A model generated the notes under the pieces. It saw nothing but the letters and a program-made list of their open reading frames with translations, did not search any database and was not told where the DNA came from. From an uncultured Candidatus Saccharibacteria bacterium (GTDB lineage Bacteria > Patescibacteriota > Andersenbacteria > UBA10190): DNA of 64,000 bases. Within the stretch, counting starts at the first letter, position 1; each line of letters starts with the position of its first letter. This document shows, one piece after another, positions 47,952 through 57,308 of this stretch. The DNA lies in contig CAZSUC010000001.1 in the NCBI GenBank assembly GCA_964610055.1, positions 6,021 through 70,020 on the forward strand, in the 5' to 3' direction. The position numbers and the translations under genes are program-made.

Positions 47952-49943
47952 ATGACCTCCCAAACTACTACTCACCCCTTTTCACTCATCGCTCCCTACA
48001 AACCAGCTGGTGACCAACCTCAGGCTATTAAAAAACTTACTCGCGGCCTAGCTCAAGATTTTAAACGTCAAACACTTTTAGGTGTTACTGGTTCCGGCAA
48101 AACCATGACCATGGCTTCCGTTATTGAGCAAACTCAAAAACCCGCCCTAATTATCAGCCACAATAAAACTCTTGCTGCTCAACTTTCTCAAGAATTTCGA
48201 GAATATTTTCCTCACAACTCCGTCTCTTATTTCGTTTCCTATTACGACTATTATCAGCCAGAAGCCTATTTACCACGCACTGATACCTATATTGCCAAAG
48301 ACGCCAATATTAACGATGAGATTGATCGTCTTCGTCACGCCACCATGGAAGCTATCCTTACTCGTCCCGACGCTATTGTTGTTGCCTCCGTTTCTTGTAT
48401 TTACGGACTTGGCAGACCAACCTCTTATCTCAACCAACGTCTTCACCTTGAAGTTAACCAGCCAGCCAATCGTCGCGATATTCTTGCTCACCTCACCCGC
48501 CTCCAGTACCAACGCAATGACACTGATCTCACACGCGGCGCTTATCGAGTGCGTGGTGATGTTATTGATATTCATCCCGCCGGCGAAGAGTCTGTCTTAC
48601 GTATTGAAATTTTCGGCCCTAAAATCGATCGCTTAACATATCTTGATAGTCTCACTGGCGAAGTGATTAAGGCCACTAACACTGCGCTTGTCTTTCCTGC
48701 AAAATTTTTCCTCGCCGACTCTCCGCAAACCAAACTCGCCATTGACTCAATCCGACACGAATTAGATGAGCGCATTCTTCAATTGAAAAAAATTGGCAAA
48801 GAAATAGAAGCTCAGCGCCTTCTCCAACGCACCACCTACGATTTAGAAATGCTGCAGGAACTAGGCTACGTTTCTGGAATTGAAAATTATTCTCGTCACA
48901 TGGATGGCCGTACTTCCGGTGAACCTCCCTCTACTCTTTTAGATTATTTCCATCATGCTTATGGATCAGACGGATTTCTAACCTTCATCGACGAATCTCA
49001 TATTACTATCCCACAAATTGGCGGCATGCACGCTGGCGATAAAGCTCGTAAAGATACTTTAATTCAATACGGCTTTCGCCTGCCCTCAGCTCGCGATAAT
49101 CGACCGCTTACTTTCAGCGAGTTTGAAGATCGTGTTAATCAAGTAATTTTCGTTTCCGCCACTCCTGGCGACTACGAACTAAACACCAGCCATCAAATCA
49201 TCGAACAAATTGTTCGTCCCACCGGCTTGCTTGACCCCGATATCGAAATTAAACCAACCACTCATCAAATTGATGATGTTATTTCTCAAATCCAAACTCG
49301 CATTCAAAATAGACAACGCGTAATTGTTACCACGCTCACTAAACGCATGGCCGAGGAACTTTCCGCTTACCTGGTCGAAATGGGTTTAAAATCTGCCTAT
49401 ATTCACGGTGACATTGATACCATTGAACGTATCGATATCCTTCGTAATTTACGCCTTGGCACTTATGACATCCTTATCGGTATTAATCTCCTGCGCGAGG
49501 GGTTAGATTTACCGGAAGTTTCTTTAGTTGCCATTATGGATGCTGATAAAGAAGGATATTTACGTTCTGCCCCATCTTTAATTCAGGTCATGGGACGCGC
49601 CGCTCGACACGCTGACGGACATGTTATTATGTACGCCGACAAAATTACAGGCTCCATGCGCCAAGCTATTAAAGAAACAGATCGTCGTCGCCAAATCCAA
49701 TCCGCCTACAATCAAACTCACCACATTACACCTCAATCAATCATTAAAGCAGTAGGGGACAGTGGTTTCTCCGCTAAATCCGACCAAATACATGTGCCAA
49801 ACACACACGATCTCCCTGCATCCGAAAAAAGACGCGTTCTTAAAGAGCTAACCAATAAGATGGAACTTGCTGCCCGCAATCTAGAATTTGAACAAGCCGC
49901 TACTCTTCGAGACACTATTCGCACTTTACGCCTCGGTTCTTAA
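47952..49943 (+). CDS. uvrB: excinuclease ABC subunit B
   Basis: GDQPQAI, LGVTGSGKT, YYDYYQPEAY, DESH, INLLREGLDLPEVSLV. Confidence 0.99.
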   Translation: MTSQTTTHPFSLIAPYKPAGDQPQAIKKLTRGLAQDFKRQTLLGVTGSGKTMTMASVIEQTQKPALIISHNKTLAAQLSQEFREYFPHNSVSYFVSYYDYYQPEAYLPRTDTYIAKDANINDEIDRLRHATMEAILTRPDAIVVASVSCIYGLGRPTSYLNQRLHLEVNQPANRRDILAHLTRLQYQRNDTDLTRGAYRVRGDVIDIHPAGEESVLRIEIFGPKIDRLTYLDSLTGEVIKATNTALVFPAKFFLADSPQTKLAIDSIRHELDERILQLKKIGKEIEAQRLLQRTTYDLEMLQELGYVSGIENYSRHMDGRTSGEPPSTLLDYFHHAYGSDGFLTFIDESHITIPQIGGMHAGDKARKDTLIQYGFRLPSARDNRPLTFSEFEDRVNQVIFVSATPGDYELNTSHQIIEQIVRPTGLLDPDIEIKPTTHQIDDVISQIQTRIQNRQRVIVTTLTKRMAEELSAYLVEMGLKSAYIHGDIDTIERIDILRNLRLGTYDILIGINLLREGLDLPEVSLVAIMDADKEGYLRSAPSLIQVMGRAARHADGHVIMYADKITGSMRQAIKETDRRRQIQSAYNQTHHITPQSIIKAVGDSGFSAKSDQIHVPNTHDLPASEKRRVLKELTNKMELAARNLEFEQAATLRDTIRTLRLGS

Positions 49944-49974
49944 CCATCTGCCATGGTAAGCTAAGAACACACCT

Positions 49975-51873
49975 ATGGCTATTTTAGCGATCCTCTTATT
50001 TATCATCCCTGCTTTCACCGGATCTATCACTTGGTTACTCTGGAATTTAGCTCACGAAAAAATCACTATCTTAATCGGCGGAACATTTACTGGGCTTTCT
50101 GTTTTTACTCTGTCTCTTTTTGGACTTTATGTTTTTTTTCCACTCTCATCCACTTTAATTCTTAGTCTTCTTTCATTTTTCTTGTGCATTGGACTGTCTT
50201 TAATTTTAATCGCTTCTCGGCGCCAGATTGATTTAGCCGAACGTTGGCATCATCTTGATTTTGATTACTGGCTTCTTGGCGTCATCTTATTTATTAGCCT
50301 CATCTTTTCTATTATTTCGCCCAAACTCTTACTCGTTAATGAAAACGGCGGACTTTCCACTGGTATTATCAATGCTTATGGCGACGTCGCTTGGCATGCC
50401 TCTAATATTACTTATTTCGTTAATAATCACGCTTTCCCTCCTGAAGACGCTATCTTTGCTGGACACCCCTTAGTCTATCCTTTCCTAACCAACTTTTTCA
50501 GTTCTGCTCTTATGATTAGCGGACTTCCTCTTCACCAGAGCCTCACTGTCCCAGCTATTATTCTTATTCCTCTGCTTTTTGCTTGTTTATATATTTTTTC
50601 CCGTGCCCTCTTGCGCTCATCTTCACCACGCATTTCTGTTTTAATTATTCTTTTGTTTCTTTGTGGCGGCGCCACTCTTGGCTTTACGCGCCTTCCTGCT
50701 GACTTTCAACAAAGCAATTTATCTCTTGGATCATTTTTATGGCATTTGCCACAAGCCGATTATTCCGGGGTTGGCACCAGCACAGATGGTTTTCATTTTC
50801 TTAACCCCAGTACCTCGCTCCTGCTTCCTCAACGCGCTTTTCTCTTTGGTTTACCGTTAGCCTTACTTATTCTCTATCTGTTTATCATCGGCACGACCAC
50901 CTCTTCTCGCCCTCACTATTTCTTTGCTGGTTTACTTGCCGGCACCCTGCCTCTTTTCCACGCTCATACTATTATCGCTCTTATACCCGCTATTATTATT
51001 TTTAGTTTACCCGTCGGATGGCATCGCTCTCATCGTTTTGGTCTCTTTATTTTTGCTTTAACCTCTCTCTGTGTTGGAGCTCCTGGTATCTGGTATTACT
51101 ACACCTTCATGAGCAGCGGATCATCTTTCTTTCGTTGGGATCCCGGCTGGATGTCAACCGGAAATTTTATCTGGTATTGGTTTAAGAACACTGGTTTTTT
51201 GTTTCCTGTCATTTTATCCGGACTTTTCTTACCTGCTCCAAAATTAATCAAAAAACTTACCCTCGCGGGATTAATTCTTTTTATCGCCTCCAATCTTTTC
51301 TTATTTGCGCCATGGGCTTGGGATAATTTTAAATTACTCATCTATTTCTTTATTTTTTCATTACCCTTATTTACATGGACTCTTGCTTGGATCTGGCGTA
51401 AATATACCTACGCACCCTTACATATCGTGCTTGGATTAATTGTCTTGTTCCAAATTTCCGCTGCCACCTTAGATATATGGAAACTCCTATTACCAACCGC
51501 CACTACTTGGGAAGAGTGGAGCCAAAACGACATTGCGGCTGCTGCCATGATCACTCAAACCACCCCAGCCGATGCTGTTATTGCAACTGCTGCTATCCAT
51601 AATTCACCCGTTGTTTTAGCTGGCCGTGCTCGTTATCTCGGCTACACCGCGCACATTTGGAGCCATGGAGGTAACCCTTGGGAACGCGAACAATCCCTAA
51701 AACTATTTTACCAGGGATTCTTAAACACTCTGCCTGACATCGCCGTGGATTATGTTCTCATTGGACCAGCCGAAAACTATCGCTATCGATCCCTTAAAAT
51801 CGCACCTAATTGGCAGCTAGTTGCTCAAAGCAATTCCTACCAACTTTACCAAGTTAATACTTCGTCTAATTAA
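49975..51873 (+). CDS. polytopic membrane protein, GT-C-like glycosyltransferase
   Basis: YGD..WH, FPP....FAG.PL.YPFL, LLPQR.FLFG, PWAWDNFK, LAGR..YLGY..HIWSHG; more than 10 TMs. Confidence 0.7.
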   Translation: MAILAILLFIIPAFTGSITWLLWNLAHEKITILIGGTFTGLSVFTLSLFGLYVFFPLSSTLILSLLSFFLCIGLSLILIASRRQIDLAERWHHLDFDYWLLGVILFISLIFSIISPKLLLVNENGGLSTGIINAYGDVAWHASNITYFVNNHAFPPEDAIFAGHPLVYPFLTNFFSSALMISGLPLHQSLTVPAIILIPLLFACLYIFSRALLRSSSPRISVLIILLFLCGGATLGFTRLPADFQQSNLSLGSFLWHLPQADYSGVGTSTDGFHFLNPSTSLLLPQRAFLFGLPLALLILYLFIIGTTTSSRPHYFFAGLLAGTLPLFHAHTIIALIPAIIIFSLPVGWHRSHRFGLFIFALTSLCVGAPGIWYYYTFMSSGSSFFRWDPGWMSTGNFIWYWFKNTGFLFPVILSGLFLPAPKLIKKLTLAGLILFIASNLFLFAPWAWDNFKLLIYFFIFSLPLFTWTLAWIWRKYTYAPLHIVLGLIVLFQISAATLDIWKLLLPTATTWEEWSQNDIAAAAMITQTTPADAVIATAAIHNSPVVLAGRARYLGYTAHIWSHGGNPWEREQSLKLFYQGFLNTLPDIAVDYVLIGPAENYRYRSLKIAPNWQLVAQSNSYQLYQVNTSSN

Positions 51874-52780
51874 CCTCTTCTCTCCAATAGTTCAAAATAT
51901 CAATCAATGAATCCTGCAACTTAATCTGCGGCTGCCATCCGGTCTCATTTTTTAATTTACTTGCATCACCTACTAAAACCGGCACGTCGCTCGGTCGCAT
52001 CCTTTCCGGATCTTGCTCTACTGTAATTTTAACCTTTGTCTGCTCTAACAACATACTTAGAATCTCACTAATCGCCGTCCCTTGACCCGAAGCGACATGA
52101 TACACTTCGCCCATTTTGCCTGCTTCCATTAATAATCGATAAGCTCTCACCACATCTCGAACATCAGTGAAATCTCGCCGAGCCTCTAAATTTCCGACTT
52201 TTATCTGCGGATCTTGTTTATGTGCTTCAATCCGCGCTATTTGCATAGCAAAATCAGCTGTCACAAATCCTTCTTTTTGCCCCGGACCGATATGGGGGAA
52301 TGGACGCACCCTCACTACCTTCTCCTGAAATTTATCTATTATCATTTTTTCCATTGCCAACTTACTCTCTGCATATGGATTCTTAGGACGTGCCACTTCT
52401 AAATCCAACTCTGGGATCGGCTTACCTTCTTTCCCTATCTCAGCTGTCCCATAAATATCCGCGCTACTCGCTACCATGATTTTAGTCTGCGGACTAACTT
52501 GCTCAATCGTTTCTAGCAAAACCTGGGTTGCTTCAACGTTCACTCGCCACACTAAATCTTTTTGCTTAAAACTTTCTCCTGGCGCGCTGAACGCCGCTAA
52601 GTGCACTAACCAATCTGGCTGTTCTGTCGCTAAATTTTCAACATACGAATCCTTGCTTGTTATATCAACTTCTGGTCGATCCCAGCTTAAAACTTTTACT
52701 TCTGGCCACGATTGTTCCAGCTCTTTTTTTAGATAAGAACCAACAAATCCTTGGCCACCAGTAATAACAACTGTTTTCAT
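51866..52780 (-). CDS. NAD-dependent sugar epimerase/reductase (GDP-4-keto-6-deoxy-D-mannose reductase Rmd-like)
   Basis: TGGQGFVG, HLAA, YAESK, HIGPGQ..GFV..DFA.QIA, GNL...RDFTDVRD; adjacent to gmd. Confidence 0.85.
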   Translation of the reverse strand: MKTVVITGGQGFVGSYLKKELEQSWPEVKVLSWDRPEVDITSKDSYVENLATEQPDWLVHLAAFSAPGESFKQKDLVWRVNVEATQVLLETIEQVSPQTKIMVASSADIYGTAEIGKEGKPIPELDLEVARPKNPYAESKLAMEKMIIDKFQEKVVRVRPFPHIGPGQKEGFVTADFAMQIARIEAHKQDPQIKVGNLEARRDFTDVRDVVRAYRLLMEAGKMGEVYHVASGQGTAISEILSMLLEQTKVKITVEQDPERMRPSDVPVLVGDASKLKNETGWQPQIKLQDSLIDILNYWREEVN

Positions 52781-53778
52781 TAGGCAATAGGCAAACGAGG
52801 CACCTCACCAGATCGCGCTCGCGCAATTTTTTCTAAAGCCGCATCCACCATTCCAGTTACTAATGCTTCAAACTTTACTTCCGGTTCCCACCCTAATTTT
52901 TCCCGCGCCTTTGTCGCATCCGACAATAATAAATCTACTTCCGCCGGACGCATAAATTTCTCATCTTGCACCACATAGTCCTCCCATTTAAGTCCAACAT
53001 GACTAAACGCTAACTCACAGAATTCTTTAATTGAATGAGTTTCACCAGTTCCAATCACATAATCATCCGCTTCATCCTGCTGCAACATTAACCACATTGC
53101 TCGGACATAATCTTTAGCATGCCCCCAATCTCGTTTCGAATCTAAATTTCCTAAACGCAATTCCTTGGCCAATCCTTCCTTAATATACGCTGCGGTACTC
53201 GCGATCTTTTGAGTTACAAATTCAAATCCACGACGAGGACCTTCGTGATTAAACAAAATTCCCGAACAAGCAAACATGTTATAACTTTCCCGATAATTCA
53301 CAGTAATCCAATGGCCATACACTTTAGCTACCCCGTATGGACTGCGCGGATGGAAGGGTGTTGTTTCCTTTTGTGGAGTTTCAACTACCTTGCCAAACAT
53401 TTCTGAACTTGAGGCCTGATAAAAACGTGCGTCTGGTTTCGTTTTTCTAATCGCCTCCAATACCCGAGTTACCCCCACCCCAGTTACATCTCCTGTCATC
53501 TCTGGCACATCAAAACTTGTTTTCACAAAAGATTGAGCGGCCAGATTATATACTTCATCCGGTTGCGCTATTTCAATCGCCCTAATCAAGGATGATGAAT
53601 CGCTCAAATCTGCCGGCATCACTTCGATTTTATCCAGAATATGACGTATGTTATCAAAAGGATCAGTTGCCGAACGCTGCACTATCCCGAATACTTGATA
53701 TTCTTTTTCTAATAATAATTCCGCTAAATATGATCCATCTTGCCCGGTTATACCTGTTATTAATGCTCGTTTTGCCAT
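52780..53778 (-). CDS. gmd: GDP-mannose 4,6-dehydratase
   Basis: [54 protein letters not shown]. Confidence 0.97.
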   Translation of the reverse strand: MAKRALITGITGQDGSYLAELLLEKEYQVFGIVQRSATDPFDNIRHILDKIEVMPADLSDSSSLIRAIEIAQPDEVYNLAAQSFVKTSFDVPEMTGDVTGVGVTRVLEAIRKTKPDARFYQASSSEMFGKVVETPQKETTPFHPRSPYGVAKVYGHWITVNYRESYNMFACSGILFNHEGPRRGFEFVTQKIASTAAYIKEGLAKELRLGNLDSKRDWGHAKDYVRAMWLMLQQDEADDYVIGTGETHSIKEFCELAFSHVGLKWEDYVVQDEKFMRPAEVDLLLSDATKAREKLGWEPEVKFEALVTGMVDAALEKIARARSGEVPRLPIA

Positions 53779-53823
53779 ATTAATGCTTTATCAATTAACC
53801 CTATTCTCTTAGATTAACCATCC

Positions 53824-54759
53824 ATGGCCTCTATCGCAAACTTAAATGGCATTGTCTTAATCGACAAGCCGTCCGGTCCAAGTTCACACGACATCGTTAA
53901 TAAAGTTCGTTACCTCTTAAAACCATCACGCATTAAGGTCGGACATACTGGCACTTTAGACCCATTTGCCCGCGGCCTCTTAATCATCGCCCTTGGATCA
54001 GCCACTCGACTCATCCAATATTCACACACATTACCTAAATCATATTCAGCGACAGCTATTCTAGGCACTTCCAGTTCTACCGACGATCTTACCGGCACAC
54101 TTTCTCCGCTCACCAACGCGCCCTTAATTACATTAGCTGATATTCAAAAAGTTTTACCGCAATTTACCGGCAAAATTGCTCAGACTCCTCCCGCCTACTC
54201 TGCAGTTAAGATTAACGGCCAGCCTCTATACAAACTTGCTCGTCATGGAAATCTCACTGAAGCTCAGCGCAAAGCAGGGGAGAGGGGACGCATCGTTACG
54301 ATATATGATATTCAAATTACTGAGTTTTCATACCCTGAACTGCATCTCCATATTAATTGCGGTACCGGCACATATATTCGCAGTCTTGTTCGCGACATCG
54401 GTAACGCCCTGAGTACTACTGCCTACGTCAGCGCTTTAACTCGTGTAACTACAGGTAAGTTCCACATTTCTGATAATGAAGTTATCCACAATTTATCCAC
54501 AGAAGTTATCCACAATAATATTTTGCCTCCAGAAACCCTTATTGACCACTTACCTAAACTGTATCTTGATCAAAACAGCGTCGCACAATTACAACAGGGT
54601 AGAGCAGTACCAACTTTGACTCCACCCAATCTATCCCCTTACTACGCTATCTTTTCTCCCCAAAAACGCCTCATTGGTATTAGTACATTTGACCCTGACA
54701 CCAATTTGTTACGTCCCAAAACTATTCTCTCCCACCCCTCTGCGCCAATATCCTCTTAA
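53824..54759 (+). CDS. truB: tRNA pseudouridine(55) synthase TruB
   Basis: DKPSG.SSHD.V, KVGHTGTLDPFA.G, PPAYSAVKING, GTYIRSL.RDIG. Confidence 0.97.
   Translation: MASIANLNGIVLIDKPSGPSSHDIVNKVRYLLKPSRIKVGHTGTLDPFARGLLIIALGSATRLIQYSHTLPKSYSATAILGTSSSTDDLTGTLSPLTNAPLITLADIQKVLPQFTGKIAQTPPAYSAVKINGQPLYKLARHGNLTEAQRKAGERGRIVTIYDIQITEFSYPELHLHINCGTGTYIRSLVRDIGNALSTTAYVSALTRVTTGKFHISDNEVIHNLSTEVIHNNILPPETLIDHLPKLYLDQNSVAQLQQGRAVPTLTPPNLSPYYAIFSPQKRLIGISTFDPDTNLLRPKTILSHPSAPISS
54482..54514 (+). promoter_or_regulatory. cluster of three perfect co-oriented DnaA boxes inside truB
   Basis: TTATCCACA at 54482-90, 54493-501 and 54506-14. Confidence 0.75.
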
Positions 54760-54779
54760 CCCGCCCATCCTATTAATAT

Positions 54780-54808
54780 TTGACTTTATTCGCTCAGCAT
54801 CTCATACT
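54780..54808 (+). promoter_or_regulatory. leaderless-type promoter of rpsT
   Basis: TTGACT-17-CATACT, 6 nt before the ATG. Confidence 0.7.
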
Positions 54809-54814
54809 CACCCC

Positions 54815-55084
54815 ATGCCTCAAACAAGTTCAGCCAAAAAGGCCCTACGTAGCAGTGAGCGTAAGCGCGTGATCAACAACCGCTGGCGTCATATTATGCG
54901 TGCTAACATTCGAACCGTTCGTGATGCAATTCAAGCCGGTGATTCTCAAACAGCCACCCAGGCGTTCACAAAAGCTCAACGCATCATTGATCGTGCTGCC
55001 CGCAGAAACATTATTCATCCTACAAACGCTGCTCGCAAAAAATCTCGCCTTCAATTGGCTATTCAAAAAATCGTTGCTAAATAG
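54815..55084 (+). CDS. rpsT: 30S ribosomal protein S20
   Basis: MPQTSSAKKALR.SERKR..N...IDRAA...IIH..NAARKKSRL. Confidence 0.96.
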   Translation: MPQTSSAKKALRSSERKRVINNRWRHIMRANIRTVRDAIQAGDSQTATQAFTKAQRIIDRAARRNIIHPTNAARKKSRLQLAIQKIVAK

Positions 55085-56000
55085 CCGGTTCCACTAAACC
55101 AGCTATTAACATTAATAAGGCCGTCCGTTCTTGTACGCGGCCTTGTTTAATCGCCAGATTACTTGCTGCAATTTTGCGCATCGCCATCCACCACTCCTGA
55201 GAATTTAATTTACTCGCTCTACCCCAATTTTTTTCCACGACATAAGGATGTATTTTTGCTTCTCGTGAAATATCTGTCGGCCTCTTACCTTGATCCTTCC
55301 CTTGGCTAATTATCCATAACGATCGAAACTGGCTGTTTAATGTTGCCATAATTCTTAATTCAGGCTCACCTTGATCCAAAAGCTTCGTTATGCCTTCTAC
55401 AGCCTGCTGCGCATGCCTCGCTACGATTGCATCCATAACCTTAAATATTTCTGCTTCTATTTGAGTTTCATTATCTTGCTGAACCAAGTCTAACGATATT
55501 TGTTTATGTATAATCGCTAGCTTCTGTATTTCATTCTCAATCCTCCATCGATTCCCTTTATATGCCGAGACTAACCAGTGAATCGCTTTTTTCTCTATTT
55601 CCGCTCCATTCATCTGCACCAGTTGACGCACCCAATCCTCTAACTTAGACCATTCTAACGCCTTGTATTCTCGAGACTTCAATTTTACTAATTCTTTATG
55701 CAATTTTAAGCGCAAATCAGGCTTTCCTTGTTCCCATAAAATTAGACGACTCGTATCCCTATCTGTTGCTATTACTCGTCGTACTTGGTCTTGCTCTTTT
55801 ATTAATAGTCGCAACGGATTATTTACCACTACCAACTCGGACCCCCATAAACTTTGACCACTATCTAACCAGGAACCTAGCCCTTTTTGTTCCAAATCCT
55901 CCTGATTAAGCCAGCGTACTATCGCCTTCTTCTCTTGTGCCAAATCTTGAATTTCATGCCAAGCAGCATAAGTATCTTCACCCCAATAATATTCGGCCAT
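55077..56000 (-). CDS. holA: DNA polymerase III delta subunit
   Basis: YWGED.Y, NEIQKL, IFK..DAI, IHPYVV.K; holA-rpsT neighbourhood. Confidence 0.85.
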   Translation of the reverse strand: MAEYYWGEDTYAAWHEIQDLAQEKKAIVRWLNQEDLEQKGLGSWLDSGQSLWGSELVVVNNPLRLLIKEQDQVRRVIATDRDTSRLILWEQGKPDLRLKLHKELVKLKSREYKALEWSKLEDWVRQLVQMNGAEIEKKAIHWLVSAYKGNRWRIENEIQKLAIIHKQISLDLVQQDNETQIEAEIFKVMDAIVARHAQQAVEGITKLLDQGEPELRIMATLNSQFRSLWIISQGKDQGKRPTDISREAKIHPYVVEKNWGRASKLNSQEWWMAMRKIAASNLAIKQGRVQERTALLMLIAGLVEPAI

Positions 56001-56020
56001 TCCTCCCCCTTTCTTAAATC

Positions 56021-57235
56021 TTACTCCGCTGCTCCTGTTGGACTAGCCACTGAAGATTCCGGTACCCACGTTACGGGAATTGATGGATCTGGAGCCATAA
56101 CCCACACCTGGCCTCGAGTAAATGTAATTTCTTCTCCTGTTTCGTCCATGAAATGTACCGGGTCTTTTTTGTTTAATTCATCCTTGCGCCAAGTGCCTTT
56201 TATTTCTTGGCCATCCTGATAAACCATTAACTCACCTGTTCCTTCAATTGACACATCATTATACCCTCCATCCGCCGGCACTGCTGACTGATTGGTTGCT
56301 CGCATAATTACCACAACACTTGGAGCTACTCCCGTCCCACTTTCGGGATCAGTTTGTTCTACCCCTCCCCAATATCTCACATAGCGATTAGTCTCTGGAT
56401 CATATTCATAACTCACTCGAAATTGACCCGGCCAATCCACCGAAAGTGTACCCCCAGCCGGACGTTCTGACATTGGTGCGTCATCTTTAAATTCGTACCC
56501 AGCAAACTGCGTCTCAGTGCGATAACCTAATTTTTGCAATGCTTCCCACAGTCTTTTGTAACTAGTAAATCCATTATATGGAGCCGGTAAAGTATCTTTT
56601 CTATAAAAAGCATCATACGGATTAGTTAAAGCATTCATTGTTTGAAATTCACCCGCCGTAATTCGATTCAAAGCGTGAAAACTACCTCCCCAGTGTGCTA
56701 ATATTGCATCTATCCCATCTGCTAAGAATAAATAATCATGTCGAGCGGATCGAACTGAACCAATTTCAGTTGGTTCACCGCATTGATAAACCGCCATTAA
56801 TCGCGTCACATTACTCACCAAAACCGGTAATTCCCACACCATATCCGCCTTAGCAAATCCAGATACTGGCCGATTAATCGGATCAGAAGCTAGCATTACA
56901 GCAACTGGACGTCTATTAGCGTTTTCACAACTCATTCCTGACAACCCGCTTACTTCCGAACTAATTGTAACTTTTTCCTCTCTCTCTCCGGCCATAGGCA
57001 AATCCCCTCCGGTTAAACTATCGTCTCCACCATTTCGTTGCCCACTACGAGCAGCTACCCAAGCTAAAGCTGCCACTAAAACTAATGCCACCACTACTCC
57101 AACAATTGCCATGATTTTTTTATTCCCTTTTCGCTTCGACCGCTTTGGTCCTTCGTGAAATAAATCCGACTTTAACTCCACCGTTGCCATCGGTCTTGAC
57201 GGCATTTCATTATCTTCTTCACGCCCATCATTCAT
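56021..57235 (-). CDS. DUF3048 family membrane-anchored protein
   Basis: TM, RRPVAVM, RP.SG...AD.V.E, TRLMAVY, IGSVRSAR, HWGGS, APYN, GQVWV. Confidence 0.85.
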   Translation of the reverse strand: MNDGREEDNEMPSRPMATVELKSDLFHEGPKRSKRKGNKKIMAIVGVVVALVLVAALAWVAARSGQRNGGDDSLTGGDLPMAGEREEKVTISSEVSGLSGMSCENANRRPVAVMLASDPINRPVSGFAKADMVWELPVLVSNVTRLMAVYQCGEPTEIGSVRSARHDYLFLADGIDAILAHWGGSFHALNRITAGEFQTMNALTNPYDAFYRKDTLPAPYNGFTSYKRLWEALQKLGYRTETQFAGYEFKDDAPMSERPAGGTLSVDWPGQFRVSYEYDPETNRYVRYWGGVEQTDPESGTGVAPSVVVIMRATNQSAVPADGGYNDVSIEGTGELMVYQDGQEIKGTWRKDELNKKDPVHFMDETGEEITFTRGQVWVMAPDPSIPVTWVPESSVASPTGAAE

Positions 57236-57308
57236 AAGGAAATTGAACTAAAAAATTAATATATGACGGTAGTATACCCAATTCACTCTCATTTACGCCA
57301 ATCACATT

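Noticed and set aside
54482-54514. oriC at the DnaA-box cluster
   Set aside because: Lies inside a CDS, no dnaA/dnaN or obvious unwinding element adjacent, and the C-rich + strand bias continues on both sides
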